Source: Raillietiella orientalis (lineage: Eukaryota). Taken from it: a DNA stretch of 64,000 nt. Where the stretch lies: assembly GCA_036172245.1 (NCBI GenBank), contig JAYWIR010000014.1, forward strand, positions 3,348,001 to 3,412,000, in the 5' to 3' direction. A model generated the notes under the pieces. That model had not been told where the DNA came from, made no database searches, and worked only from the letters and a program-made list of their open reading frames with translations. A program made the position numbers and the translations under genes. Shown here piece by piece: positions 49,958 to 61,399 of this stretch (positions are counted from its first letter, which is position 1; the number at the start of each line of letters is the position of its first letter).

Positions 49958-49993
49958 AACTGAGCTCTGCCTTCTTCTTTCAACGCTTTAATA
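49958..49993 (-). promoter_or_regulatory. Core promoter of the ITIH-like gene: TATTAAA box and TCAGTT initiator
   Basis: On minus, TATTAAA at 49993-49987 and TCAGTT at 49963-49958. The Inr A is 32 nt downstream of the TATA start and 19 nt upstream of the ATG. TCAGT is the arthropod-type Inr. Confidence 0.65.
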
Positions 49994-50239
49994 ACGCAAT
50001 AAGACCTGCGGCCATCGAGTAGGATACGAAGTCGATTGATCGGATGCGTAATAGGGAAATTCCGACTGGAAACTTTCGCGCGCGACGTTCGAGGACGCGT
50101 GTTTATTACCCGGTTTAGGAATTTTCTGATGCCTTCGATCTCTTTCGAAAAACCACCCGCGTCGTTTTGTTTCCTTCGCTACCCGGGGGAATTTTTCCGG
50201 TCTTTCGCGAAGGTACAGGAAAAGCAGGAAACGACTTCA

Positions 50240-52960
50240 GGAAAACGATTGTGAGGAACCGCATCTGAAGCGAGCGAGACTCAGCGCCAAGAGGACGAAT
50301 TTCCTGCTTCCCGAGGTCGAGAGAGACCTCAGAAACCAGCCGATCGGGGGGTCTCTGTAGAACTCCTTCCAATTTAACCACCGCTTTCCTCGTGAGCTGA
50401 ATAAAAATGCGCAGAGACAGGTAACTGCAAGATTTTTCTCCCCCCGCTGGACACTCCAACACACAGAGGGGACTCTTCAGTGGAGTTCTCGGTTGGAACA
50501 CCTGCGACACTGTCCTGTGGCATCTCGGAAGAGCTTTCCCAAAACGGCCATCCGAAGTCCACCAAACAAGCAAGACAAAACTTCAGCCAGTTCCTCCTGT
50601 CTGTTGCTCCTACTCCCGATTCGAGAGCTCCCTCCCCTTTCCTTTTATCCTCGCAACTTCCTTCACAGCAGAACAAGTATGCCGATGTCCTCGAGGAGTG
50701 GCCATCGATTCCAGTACCTTTCTTCCACCTCCCGTACCTGCCTTCCTTCTACCAAACCGCGCACCAATGTAGCACATCCTTTGAAGCGTCGTGGAACAGA
50801 AAACAAGAACGCAAACAAGAAGCAAATGATCTGAATTTTTCCTTTGCAAAACCGAACGAGCGAACGAGAGGTCGCTTCAAACGCGAACTCGGACAAGGGT
50901 CCGGTGTCACGTGCTGATAGCACGTGACACGAAATCCTAGAGAGCACCTAGAAGCTCGGATGCATCGGGTGCTTCCGCCTTCGAGAATCAGGGGAACCCC
51001 ACAATGAAGGTGCAGGTCAGAATGAAGATGGACAGATGTCAGAGTGAAGCGAAAGGTTGTCCTATCGTTCGATCTGCGCCGATGGCGGGGAGTCCTCGGT
51101 CAGCTGAGTTCGTAGCCACCGAGACGCGGGCGGGGAATTCTCATACGTGGAAGCAACTACGGAGGAAGCGGAAACTCACTCCTCCGACGTGCACTTCCTC
51201 CTGGAGAACGAACTCTCGTATTCTGTTTTCTTGTTTGCTTATGGTTGTTGTGGACGTCGCTCGGTGTGGTGTGCCTGCTTTCGTGCCCAGCATTTTTCGC
51301 CCACCATCGTCCTTCCCAGAACATCATTACTGATGTTCTGGAAAGGGAAGAACAGCGCTCCCTCATGCGGTTGATTTCGAGCAGCGCCCCTCTCATGCTC
51401 GGCTCGTGAGGCTGTTTCCTCTCCCTATGCAACTCGACCGAGAGCATCCACGAGAGGTGGATCTAAGAGAAAACTCGACGAAATAGAAAGCGGGATGCAA
51501 GTCTGGAGAAAGATTCACCCTGAACACCTCGCGCCAACGGCACCGCCTGCAGGCAAAGCCTGTTTTTTCATGGGCGCATTCCAGGAAATTCGGAGAGCAA
51601 AGCAAGCATCTTCTTGGAACTGTATCCGCCTTTGCTGAACCTACGAGACCCAAGAAAGTACCCGGTCGCACCTCATTTCCTTTCCGTTCACCGGGAAGGA
51701 AACGAGGTTAAATATCAAACGATATAAGAACCTTGGAAATCCCTTTTTGGTGATCGTCCCGCTCTTATTCTCTTGTCTTCCATCAAGTTGGTGAAAAGCG
51801 CCCTGCAGAATCTCGAAGCTCTTGAAAATGGAAAAGCTGCTCCACGGGCTGGCGGAATCATGGATAAGGAAATTGGGGTGAACGGTCCTCGGGCTCGACC
51901 TCTGACCATCTTCTGCCTTCACCTCTGCTTTGTTATACGATCAGGTTCCTGCTCTTTTCCTCCTCATCTTCTGCATCCACCGTAGCATCAAGCTCGCTGT
52001 ATCCGCATCTTGTGCCCAGAACACCTCGAGTCTCTGCCTCGAATATCCTCCTTCAAGCTTTTTACTGGCTTCGCGCCCTAAATCCTTTCCTCCGTATGCA
52101 GCAAACTCACGCCAAAGACAGCCATCAGAGAAGGTGCTGAAACCCTGGGAGCCAGAGTGTCTTGAAACTGCGCCGAGAGCGGCAGCGAGTCATACGTATG
52201 GAGTCATTTCAGTCAGCGAGTCATTTCCGTGGTCCAAGGACCAGCGAATAGACCCAAGCCTCGGATAGAAACAGGCATTGCTCTCGGGGTACACAAAACC
52301 AGGACACCTAGTGCCGGACGCCGGTGACACCGATCCCCCGGACGAATCGACATTTCCATGTGTTCGTGTATTCGTTTCTTTACGCCTTCCCCTCTTCCGG
52401 ACTCTGCACCCGCAGTGTGCAGCGGATTACTGCTCCCTTCCTGACCTGTGCACGCTGCTTCTCAGTAGTAAGAGCTCCGGAGCATCTGGATGTTAGAAGA
52501 GCTGCAGGGCACATACGATGTCCTCATTATTTCCAAGAGTAGCACCTTTCTTGCTCGTCCAATCGACCGGAATCGCACCCAGTACCACCGTGACGGTCGT
52601 GGCGGTCATACTCTCACGCTTCCAGGCATTCCCACGCCGTGCGATGGACCCGGAGCACATATGGGCAGCCTAGTCATCTGCCCAATGAGGCTTCTTCTCT
52701 CGTGTTCCGCCGTGGAAGCGCGTCTTTCAGAAAAGCTTGCAAGAACTTGACCAGCGAGGACAACGACCAATGGGATAGCGAGGCCTTCGGAGACCTCGAA
52801 GCCGCCTTCAGCAGGTCTCATCGTCAGCGCGTCACAATCGTGCAGAACACTCTGGTTAGAGGATGCTACTGCCGTCTCCAAAGGATCTAACCTGAGGTTT
52901 TCATCTGCACCCTGGGCATGGATTTCCGTCGTTTTCTTCGGTTCAGATGAGCCACACTCT
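50240..52960 (-). mobile_element. Decayed L1/Tx1-like LINE (ORF1 zinc knuckles, EN, post-RT, zf-RVT)
   Basis: RCYSW..GHRMCP knuckle near 52500-52550; ARGAAF..DFQGSY (EN); KERGG; CWSVQRGE. Confidence 0.6.
50904..50930. repeat. Perfect hairpin, 12-bp stem, 3-nt loop, containing two CACGTG E-boxes
   Basis: GTGTCACGTGCT-GAT-AGCACGTGACAC. Confidence 0.9.
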
Positions 52961-53469
52961 TGCATCCTACCTCTTTTTTTCGTGTCCATAAGAAATGTGA
53001 ATCACGTTGCTAATTTTAGAATGCTTTTTCCTCTCCACTGCTTTCAAGTTTGCTCGACACCTCGCTCCCATACAGCGCGATCTCCTACCACGGCCTTCCT
53101 GCTCTCTGTTCCTTTTTTCGGATTCCTTGACCGTTGTGTTGGAGGACTTTTCAGGTGGAACTTTCTAGAAGAATCGGTACCCCTTGATTTTACATAACAT
53201 CCACCTCCCTATCAAATCCACCATCGATCCATGCTATCGATTGTCATCTTAAGCAAGAGTCTTTCTCTGTTGAATCGTCCCCAAGAAGAGCGTGTATCAC
53301 TTCCCAGGGAGAGAGAGAGTTTCTGTCAGTTATCCGAAGCCGTAGAGTGAAGAAGAGACCGTGGACTCGCGAAAACAGGACGCGACCGAGTTTGCTCCCA
53401 GCACTGAGGTCCTCATGCTGCGGCTCGCTGGTGCTTTCTTAATCTTGCTGGAAACAACATGGAGACAAG

Positions 53470-54450
53470 GAAGATGAAGCATTTATGCACACTCGCTTGT
53501 GATCCACAAAAAACAAAATGAAAGCATCAGAACCCCTGATGAAACAGTTCTGATGAAGCTCATAAAACAACAACTTAATTCCCGAATGGAAAAGTGGAGT
53601 GCTGCATCTATATACTCAGAAGTATCAAACTGGCATATTTTTGATGCTTGATTCCCTGAAAGCTTTTGAATGGTTTTTGAATGGTTTTCCACAAGATTCT
53701 CAATCACCTGGGCAATCTCTGCAACAAATGGCTGTGATAGTACGAAATGCTCCTAATCTTTTTGTAGCTACTAAACTTCTCGATCCATGCGGATTAATCC
53801 GTGTCGGGGATAAGAACTTGTATTGCTGCATCTTAGCAGGTCATTTCTTTCCCCTTGAACCTTCTTGCTTGAGAAGTCGCACCCACCATTCTTGTCTCAA
53901 GCTTGCAGCGAAACACCCGTTGCTGGTAGTGCATCCGGGATACGAAGCCAGGTCGAATGCTTTCCATCTGCTCAGGGAGTCAAGTGCGTTGTCTGGAGAC
54001 TGGGTCAACGTTTCGGTTCCTGCTGTGGCTTCCAGCACGTCTGGGATACCGCTCCTCAAATTGATTCCCTCCACACGAGGTTTGAGTCTGCTGAAGGAGG
54101 CTGCTTTGCTGGACTCAAGGCTCAGATTTCATGTGGAAAGGATCGATTTGAGGATGGCCAGAGGTTACTCTTCGTTGTCGCCCGGACTTTCCCATGAGCA
54201 GTAGCGCGACAGGTTGACTTCTCCGGAGAGACTGCGGTGACGGGAGCTTGCTACGCATCCAGCTGAAGCATCAGCGGCATTCTTTGAGGTCATCGGTAAG
54301 CAATACAGGCACTGAGGCGAGAGATGCTACCGATGATAAGGAGATGGCAGCTCCCCCTCCCGGCTCTCCAGAGTGAATATCAAAGCCAGGGATCTCGAAG
54401 CTCAACTGTGAGGTCAGGAGTGCGTGCAGACCTAGAAAAGCAAAGAGGTG
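53470..54450 (-). mobile_element. L1/Tx1-like RT fragment
   Basis: SLSRWKAFDLASY (KAFD motif), EPGGELP, PGDNEE.PLAI. Confidence 0.65.
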
Positions 54451-54599
54451 TTTCTTAAGGAGTGGTCCTCATGTTGAACCTCTTACTTTGCCGTGTTGTT
54501 CTTGAGAGAAGCCGGAGACAAATCGAAGAGCGCAGAATCGAACAACGGAGGGTTCTTCGGTAGAACGAGGATTTTGCCCCAAAGACGCCAGAGTTCTAT

Positions 54600-56440
54600 T
54601 TGAAAAATAAATCACAAGTCAGAGAGGAACAGCATCTCCTGAATACAAGAAATATCGAAAAAAAAATAAAAAAAAGAAGTCCACTGGGGATGACCAGCGG
54701 CACGCAGGCTGGCATCTAACAAAGAAAGGAACGAAGGAAGGGGACAACAAATAAATGAAAAAAAGACGGGAAAGTAGGGACAGGGGACTTTGGTTTGATC
54801 CGTTTCTTTCTTTCTAGAGGTCTCAATCTCACTGATGACCTCTTCTGGCAGATGGATCACCTTGCAGCCGTTCTCATCAAGGCGGCTGCGATGCTGGTGG
54901 CTTCTCTTCGCTGCGAACGAGACTCCAACACATGGCGGACTGTCACTATGGCGCAGATGCAACAGATGGTTGCGATCACAGCGCCGTCTTCATCTCGGCC
55001 GTCTTCTTTCTCGTCTTGAATGAATAAGCGCCACAGCAAGTCTGAAGCGCGGGGTCCTGTGGTCGACAGAGCGCCGAAGCGCGTCTCCGCCACATATCCT
55101 CCAGGGTACCGCATATCCTCCAGGGTACCAGTCTAACAGGAGGCGCGGGAACGATTCGATCGCCCCGCACCTCAAGCAGTTCGGGAAGATAACTCCTCTG
55201 AGAAAGCAGGTGCCTGCGCTGATTGCACTGGAATTCTTCGTGCGCAAACATCAGAGCGTCCCGTTTCCAACGGAGCGGGAACACGGAAGTGTCCGCACAC
55301 AGGGAAGAGACCACGAGTTCTTCGGGAGGCACAGCAAACAGGTCACTCCATCGAAGCAGTCCCTTTTCCTGGAAACGAGGAGTGGAGGTGTTCACCAACT
55401 CGCTCGTCTTGTAGCCGTTCAGTTTTTCGACTCCTGCACTGTTGCAGAACTCCCACCGCGACGGTTGGCTGCTGTCATTCCTTGCCATGAGGACAGACAG
55501 CGCTGTAGCATTGATGATGATGCACTGGGATCTCGGGATCTCCCGTGCAACGACCTCCGACATCACTGGACACTGGGAAGTGTGGACCTGAACTGTGCCA
55601 GGTGCGGGGAGCGGGAATCCCTCCCGCACCTACTTGCGAATTGTGTTGCCCCCCCGACCCCTCTGGAAACGCTTTTCCGCATTCCTAGGAACCCCTGGCG
55701 GCAACTCCAGGGACGTTTTACGACCTCTCCTCGTACGCGGCAGCTTCGCTAGCAGCTCTTTGCTGCCTACAAGGGTAGCTGCCTGGAGTGAAGCAGGAAG
55801 AGGGCAGAGAGACAGGAATGCCATCCACTTTGCTGCTCGCTTCATGAGGATGGCAACAAGATGGTGCCACCTGGAAAACAACATCCAGAAAATGCTCACC
55901 AGCATCTTTGAAAGGATGCAGAGGATCGCCTCCAGCAGAACGTGGTTTCTTCCCGTACCCAATCCCATCCCTCCGAGTTTATTTATTTATTTTTAATTTT
56001 GGTTCTTTTTTCTTTTTGTTTCCCCCTCTCTTCTGCTGCCGTGGCGGACCTCACCGGTCTGAATTCCGTTAACACGCAGGTTTGCTCTGGAAAGGACGTG
56101 TTTGGCACCTACTGTCCAACTACAGGGACTGTGATTGTTTATTTTTATATGAAACAAATGCCCCGGAGCACCCGGGTGATAATCTTAGGTGGCATCCTAG
56201 GACTCCAATACCTCTTGCCTCCAGGCTTTCCAGTTTTGGGGGCAGCAGGGTGAGCCACCATCCAAGGGTGAGCTACCAGAAGTGAAAACAGATGCCTCGG
56301 GGGGCAGCCAAATCCGGTCCCCTTACTGTGGGTTGTGCGAAAGAATTCCAGCGCTTCCAGCGCATCGCCGGAGGATGTGGAGTACCGGAGCGCACCAGTG
56401 CCAAATCCATAATTTGCCACAAGGGAGAACGAGGTTTAAA
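54600..56440 (-). mobile_element. LINE family A copy 1 (3' part of ORF2), interrupted by family B at about 55511-56160
   Basis: CLRCGAIESFPRLLLD zf-RVT; colinear with 56450-58330 on both sides of the insertion. Confidence 0.75.
55511..56160 (+). mobile_element. LINE family B copy 1 (5'-truncated), nested antisense in A1
   Basis: LPCNDLRHHWTLGSVDLNCARCGERESLPHLLANC zf-RVT; homologous to 57165-57671. Confidence 0.8.
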
Positions 56441-56449
56441 CCCGATCAC

Positions 56450-58330
56450 GCCGGAACGTTTATTTTGCAAAAAAAAAAAAGCAAACCACAAGTATCAGGG
56501 GAATTGTATCCCCTTGAAAAAGCAAGAAAAGCCATTAAAAAAAAAGTTCTCCCGGAATGACCACCGACACGCAGGCGGGCTTCCGAAAAGTGGGGAACGG
56601 AGGGTGGGACGATAAATAAATAAAAGAGAGGGGAGGGCGGAGACAGGAATTTTTGGTAGAAAACGTTCCATTACTTCTAGAAGCGACTCTGGATGGTGGC
56701 GATCTCCCTGGCGACTTCTGGTAGCTGATGCCACCTTGCTGCTGTTCTCCTGAGGGCTGCTGCCATGCTGGTGGCCTCTCCTCTCCGCGAACTTGCTTTT
56801 AACACATGACGGACTGTCACTATGGTGCGGATGCAACCGATTGTAGCGATCGCAACACCTTTCCCCAGTCAGCCTCCGGTGAAGAAGCGCTGCAGCAGGT
56901 TCGTGGCAGCGTCCTGGGGTTGACGGAGGGCCGAAGTCCTGCAGGGCACTACCGTTCTACAAGAGATGCGGGAGTAATTACATCGCTCCTCACCTGATGC
57001 AGTTCATGGAGGCAATCCCCCCGGAAACCAGGTGTCTGCGTTGATTGCACTGGAATCCTTAGTGCACGAATAGCAGAACATCCTGTTTTCAGCGTAGCGG
57101 GAACACCGAGGTGTCCACGCAATGGGAAGAGACCACTAGTTCTTCTGGGAGCACACCAAGCAGCCAGCATCCCTTGGTGCACTGACGAACAATCCCAGGG
57201 ACGTGATGAAGCGCCTCTTAGTGCACGTTGCCCTTTCGCCCGCCGCATCCCTAACAGCTCTTTGCTGCCTACGCGGGACTGTGGCGGTCTGGAGCTACGC
57301 GAGAGGATGAAGGCACGATAGGAACGCTACCTGCTTCGCCCTGCGCTTCCTGAGGACGGCAACTAGAAGTGCCTACCTGGGGCATACTCAGATGGAACTT
57401 TCCGGCATCCTGGAAAGGATGCAGAAGATGCCATTCAGCTCCCGATGATCCTTTTCCTAACCCTCCCAATTTTTTATTACATGTTTTTTGTTTCATTTTT
57501 ATTTCTGTTTGCCCCCTTCTTCCCCCCCCTTTCCGCTGCCGAGGAGAACCTCATCGACCTGCGTGCCCATTAGTCGACAGGTTCCGAACTCATTCGGACA
57601 CTGTAGGGCCGACGACCCTACACATGTGTGTTCATTCTTAATAATACGCGTGACGCGTGACCGGATGATAAACCAAGCAGCTCACTCCACCGAAGGATTA
57701 CCTTTTCTCGGAAATAAGGAGTGGCAGTGTCCACCAACACGCTCGTCTTGCAGCCGTCAAGGAGTTTTTCGACTCCTGCAATGTTGCAGAACTCCCATCC
57801 CGCCGGTTGACTGCTGTCATTCCTTGCCCTGAGAGTAGACAGCGCTGCAGCAAGGGGTGAGAGGGCTAACCGGGACATTGCGTCCAAAATTGCAAGAGAT
57901 CCCCCAGTAGCTTGCGTAAGAGACTTTGCAGCGGCTGCAGTTCCTCTGGGTGCAGTTCCAAAGTAGTAGTCCAGTGCTCCAGAGCTTCCTCCTGCCGGAG
58001 ATTCCAGTAAATGGGGCGGCAGGAGATCCATGGATGGGCTAACAATAATGAGGACAGTCGCCTCAGGGGGTGACCGAATCCAGTCCTCCGGCGTGAATTG
58101 GGCGGCAGCAGCGAAAGAAGTACTACAATGGCAACTCATCGTTGAAGGATGTGGGAGAACGAGGGAAGGAGGAGAAACGAATCCAGTCATCTGGCCGTCA
58201 GTTGACGAGCCAGATGACGAGCGCGTGCATGTTGAACTCCTAAAACTGAGGCTCCATTCTGTGATAAAACGAAACGTCGCCTTCCTTGCATCCGGTCTGC
58301 ATCTAACCTGCCACCGTCGAGAGTCGCGGT
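56450..58330 (-). mobile_element. LINE family A copy 2, interrupted by family B at 57165-57671
   Basis: 56660-57163 matches 54800-55341; 57672-57852 matches 55335-55510; 58000-58155 matches 56230-56385. Confidence 0.75.
57165..57671 (+). mobile_element. LINE family B copy 2, nested antisense in A2, with 10-bp TSD
   Basis: Flanked by ACCAAGCAGC at 57155-57164 and 57672-57681; homologous to 55677-56090. Confidence 0.8.
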
Positions 58331-58379
58331 GGATACATCAGAACAGAGGCACGGCGTCGAAAAGAGCATTACAGCAGCA

Positions 58380-59230
58380 TGAATGATGCTCTACAGATCC
58401 CGTCCTGCGACCGGAATAGACCCCGCCCACCTCCTGTATGCTGACTACGGCGTGGAACTGGGATAAATTCTTCTGGAAGTCGTGCTCGCCCAGTGCCTGC
58501 AACGATCCCGAGTCCGCGAGAAGGGACATTGAGTCTCGAACACTCTTCAGACCGGAAATGATTGCATCTTCGAGAGAGGAGCCAGGGGAAGGGAAAACTG
58601 CGGTATCCAGAAAGAGTGAATGAAGATCCGAAGCTCGTGTTTTGGAGATCACTGGATCCGAAGGTCAAGATTTCTCAGAGAAGGATCAAACTCATTGGAA
58701 CATTGCCGCTTCCAACCACCCTTTTCTCCCGGAGCAACACCCTTTGTCAAGCAAGAGAAGGAGGGAATTGGGTTGGCACTTCTTTCTCCACCCCCTCCCA
58801 AACATCCTGAGGGGATGGTGGATCCATAGGAAGGAGGAAGTGGAGCATTGATTCAGGTGCGAACCGGGCTCCTGTTCCTCGCTTGCGGCCGCGTGGCCAC
58901 GGCGTCCGCGCGCGGCACCAGCGCCGTGGGCTCGAAGTTCCCCTGCGGGATGACGCTGACAATAGTTTGGGATCCAGAGTGGTACTGGTAGGATGCTGCT
59001 CTGGTCAGCGGCCCTACTACCCCCCGATAAGCCCGGAAGTAAGAGCGGACCTTTCGGATCCTTCCCGGGAATCAGGGAGTGATTTCTTTCGGGGCGGCCC
59101 CTCCTTGCCTCCTGCTCAACTCGGGTGCGCGGCAATGGAGGAGTGCTCCCGCGCGGCGGCGTTGCCGAGCCGCTCCGATGCACCTTTTCATCCAGATTTC
59201 CGGGGCATTTATTATAAAAAAATTATAATA
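58380..59230 (+). mobile_element. LINE 3' end, probably family C-related
   Basis: IDPAHLLYADY..LLEVVLAQC, VFWRSLDPKVKI; AGAGCGGACCTTTCGGATCCTTCCCGG resembles the reverse complement of the family C unit; A-rich tail. Confidence 0.5.
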
Positions 59231-59329
59231 AAAGTCGTAACATCAACAAAATTGTGGTAGAACACTTGTCTCTACCACGTATGGAGGACTTGCCAAAAAC
59301 CGGTACGCAGACCGGTGAGGTCCGCTGAG

Positions 59330-60140
59330 AGAAAACCACAAAAAAAAGAAAAAAAGGGGAGGAGGAAGTTTTCTGGGGAGAGGAGGGGACTGGGAAGGGA
59401 TCACTGTTCGCCTGGAGACGCCTTCTGCAACCTGTCTAGGATGCTGACAAGTGCTGTTTTTAAGTTTTCTAGTGGGGCCATATTGAGGCGGTCTTAAAAA
59501 AGATCCGCGTCCAGTAGATGGTACTGTTCAGGATGCTGACAGGTGCTGTTTCTTTGGATTGAAGAAAAGGTCATCGGGAAGCGGTCCTCAAGAAGATTTT
59601 CTCTTAATGGATGGCATCGCGGCTATGGAGACCTTTTCTTTCCGCGTTCCACTTTGCCGCGATTCCTCGCACACAGCAGAGAATTGCTAGAGATGCTGCT
59701 GGCAGCAGGGTGTCACGCGTAAAGAGGCGCCCAAAGGGATGTCTTGGGGTCACCTACCGAAATTTTGAGGATCAACAAGAGTCGATCCCAAAGGGAACGG
59801 AGGTCGACACAGTCTATGATTAAGTGCACGAAGGTCTCCTCCTCGCCTCACTTTGCACAATGGGCATCGACACTCCGCCGTGTCCAATGATGGAGGCGTG
59901 CTTTGCATGGGATTCCCCCATGCAACACTAGCAACGCCACCTCATGCCAATTGAGGGGGAAGGTGCCACTGTCCCAACACGCTGGGGCCACTTCAGCTCC
60001 TCCGGAGTATCGCGAGCAGCTCGTCCCAGCGTGAAAGTCCTTTTGTCGGGACACCCGGGGTCGCAGAGTCCGCTAGGTACCGAGTTGTACGCGGGTGTAA
60101 AAGTTTTTTCCTGCCTTGAATAAGGCAGGATACTTCCCAC
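59330..60140 (-). mobile_element. LINE family B-related copy 3
   Basis: IPCKARLHHWTRRSVDAHCAK*GEEETFVHLIIDC, clearly similar to the B1 zinc finger. Confidence 0.75.
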
Positions 60141-61399
60141 TTTGCCGGTTGATTGCTGTCCTCCCTGTGAGGTGAAACAACGGTTCTTCAGTATTCAGCG
60201 GACCACCACCACTACCAAAAACAACAAGCTGGAAGGACGCGGGAAGTGGCAAGGACTAACCAGGATTTTGATCAGGAGATGTGGAAAGCAGGAAGAGGAC
60301 GTTGAATTCCTTGCAAGCGTCGCGGGCCTTGGCGACGGAGGAGGGAGCTGCCTTCCGGTGAAGGAACGAGAGGTCGCAGGCGCAGCGAAGCGGACCGCAT
60401 ATAGCATAAACCAAGGAACCTCTCTTGGGAACTCCTCTCTTTGAAAACTCAGTGTTCATGATGGAGATCTGAGGAATTTTCATTCCTCCGAAGCATGCAT
60501 CAGATGATGAGCATCAGCCTGCATCTTCATTCGTGATGTCGGTAAAATTTTCTTAATTTCAGATTAATTGCAACATTCCTGGGAGAGACCAGCGAGTTTC
60601 AAAACGTACGGGTTGAACCACACAACACATCAGAGCAACTGGATCAGCTGTAGCTGTAGGCAGCCTTTTTGTCCCAGAGGACTGCAGGACCGCTCCAGAA
60701 ATGGGCGATGGGTCTGTGGTCCGTTCTAGCAATTTCTTAAATTTAAAATTCATAATGGTCAGTTTTCTATTTAGTTTTTGCTTCCTCTACGATATGTGGA
60801 TGCTCTTTAATTGCGACGATCCAACAGTCAGTTTGCGTTGAGTTTGTCGATGCTGAAGGCGGCCGCAACGGAAAAGGAATGAAAGAGATAGAAAAACGAG
60901 TTTCTATGGTGAAAGAGCAGTTACATCCATGGAATATGGAACGAAACACTTATAGATGGGGCGCAAAAAGATTGCAATTCTAGAGAAAACCTCAGACGTT
61001 TCTAGACTGAATTTTCAAATTCGTTAAAGTCTTCTCAATCTGTTTCCTCGGTAGATAAAATAGACTGGTTATTTCTAGGCGTGAAAAGTTCTTTTTTTTT
61101 TTTTTTCATGGTTGTTTCATGGAACGAGCAAAGAAATAGTTTAAATTATTGGATATTTGTATGGAATTAGTGAACTTTTTTCGTAAGGCATACTGCAAAA
61201 AAACACCAACTAACCAAAATGATATGAAGTATTAATTTTTATTGATAGTTTACCATTGTGGCTGATTAGCAATGCATCTTAGCAAAATTTCCTCGCGTGA
61301 ACGTTTCCTCTTTTTTCTGTTTTCCTCTGTCAGCAGGGGGCTGCAAACAGCAGCGCGGGGCTGGTTGTGAAGATTTTCATCTGCAAGCCTGCTCCAGTG

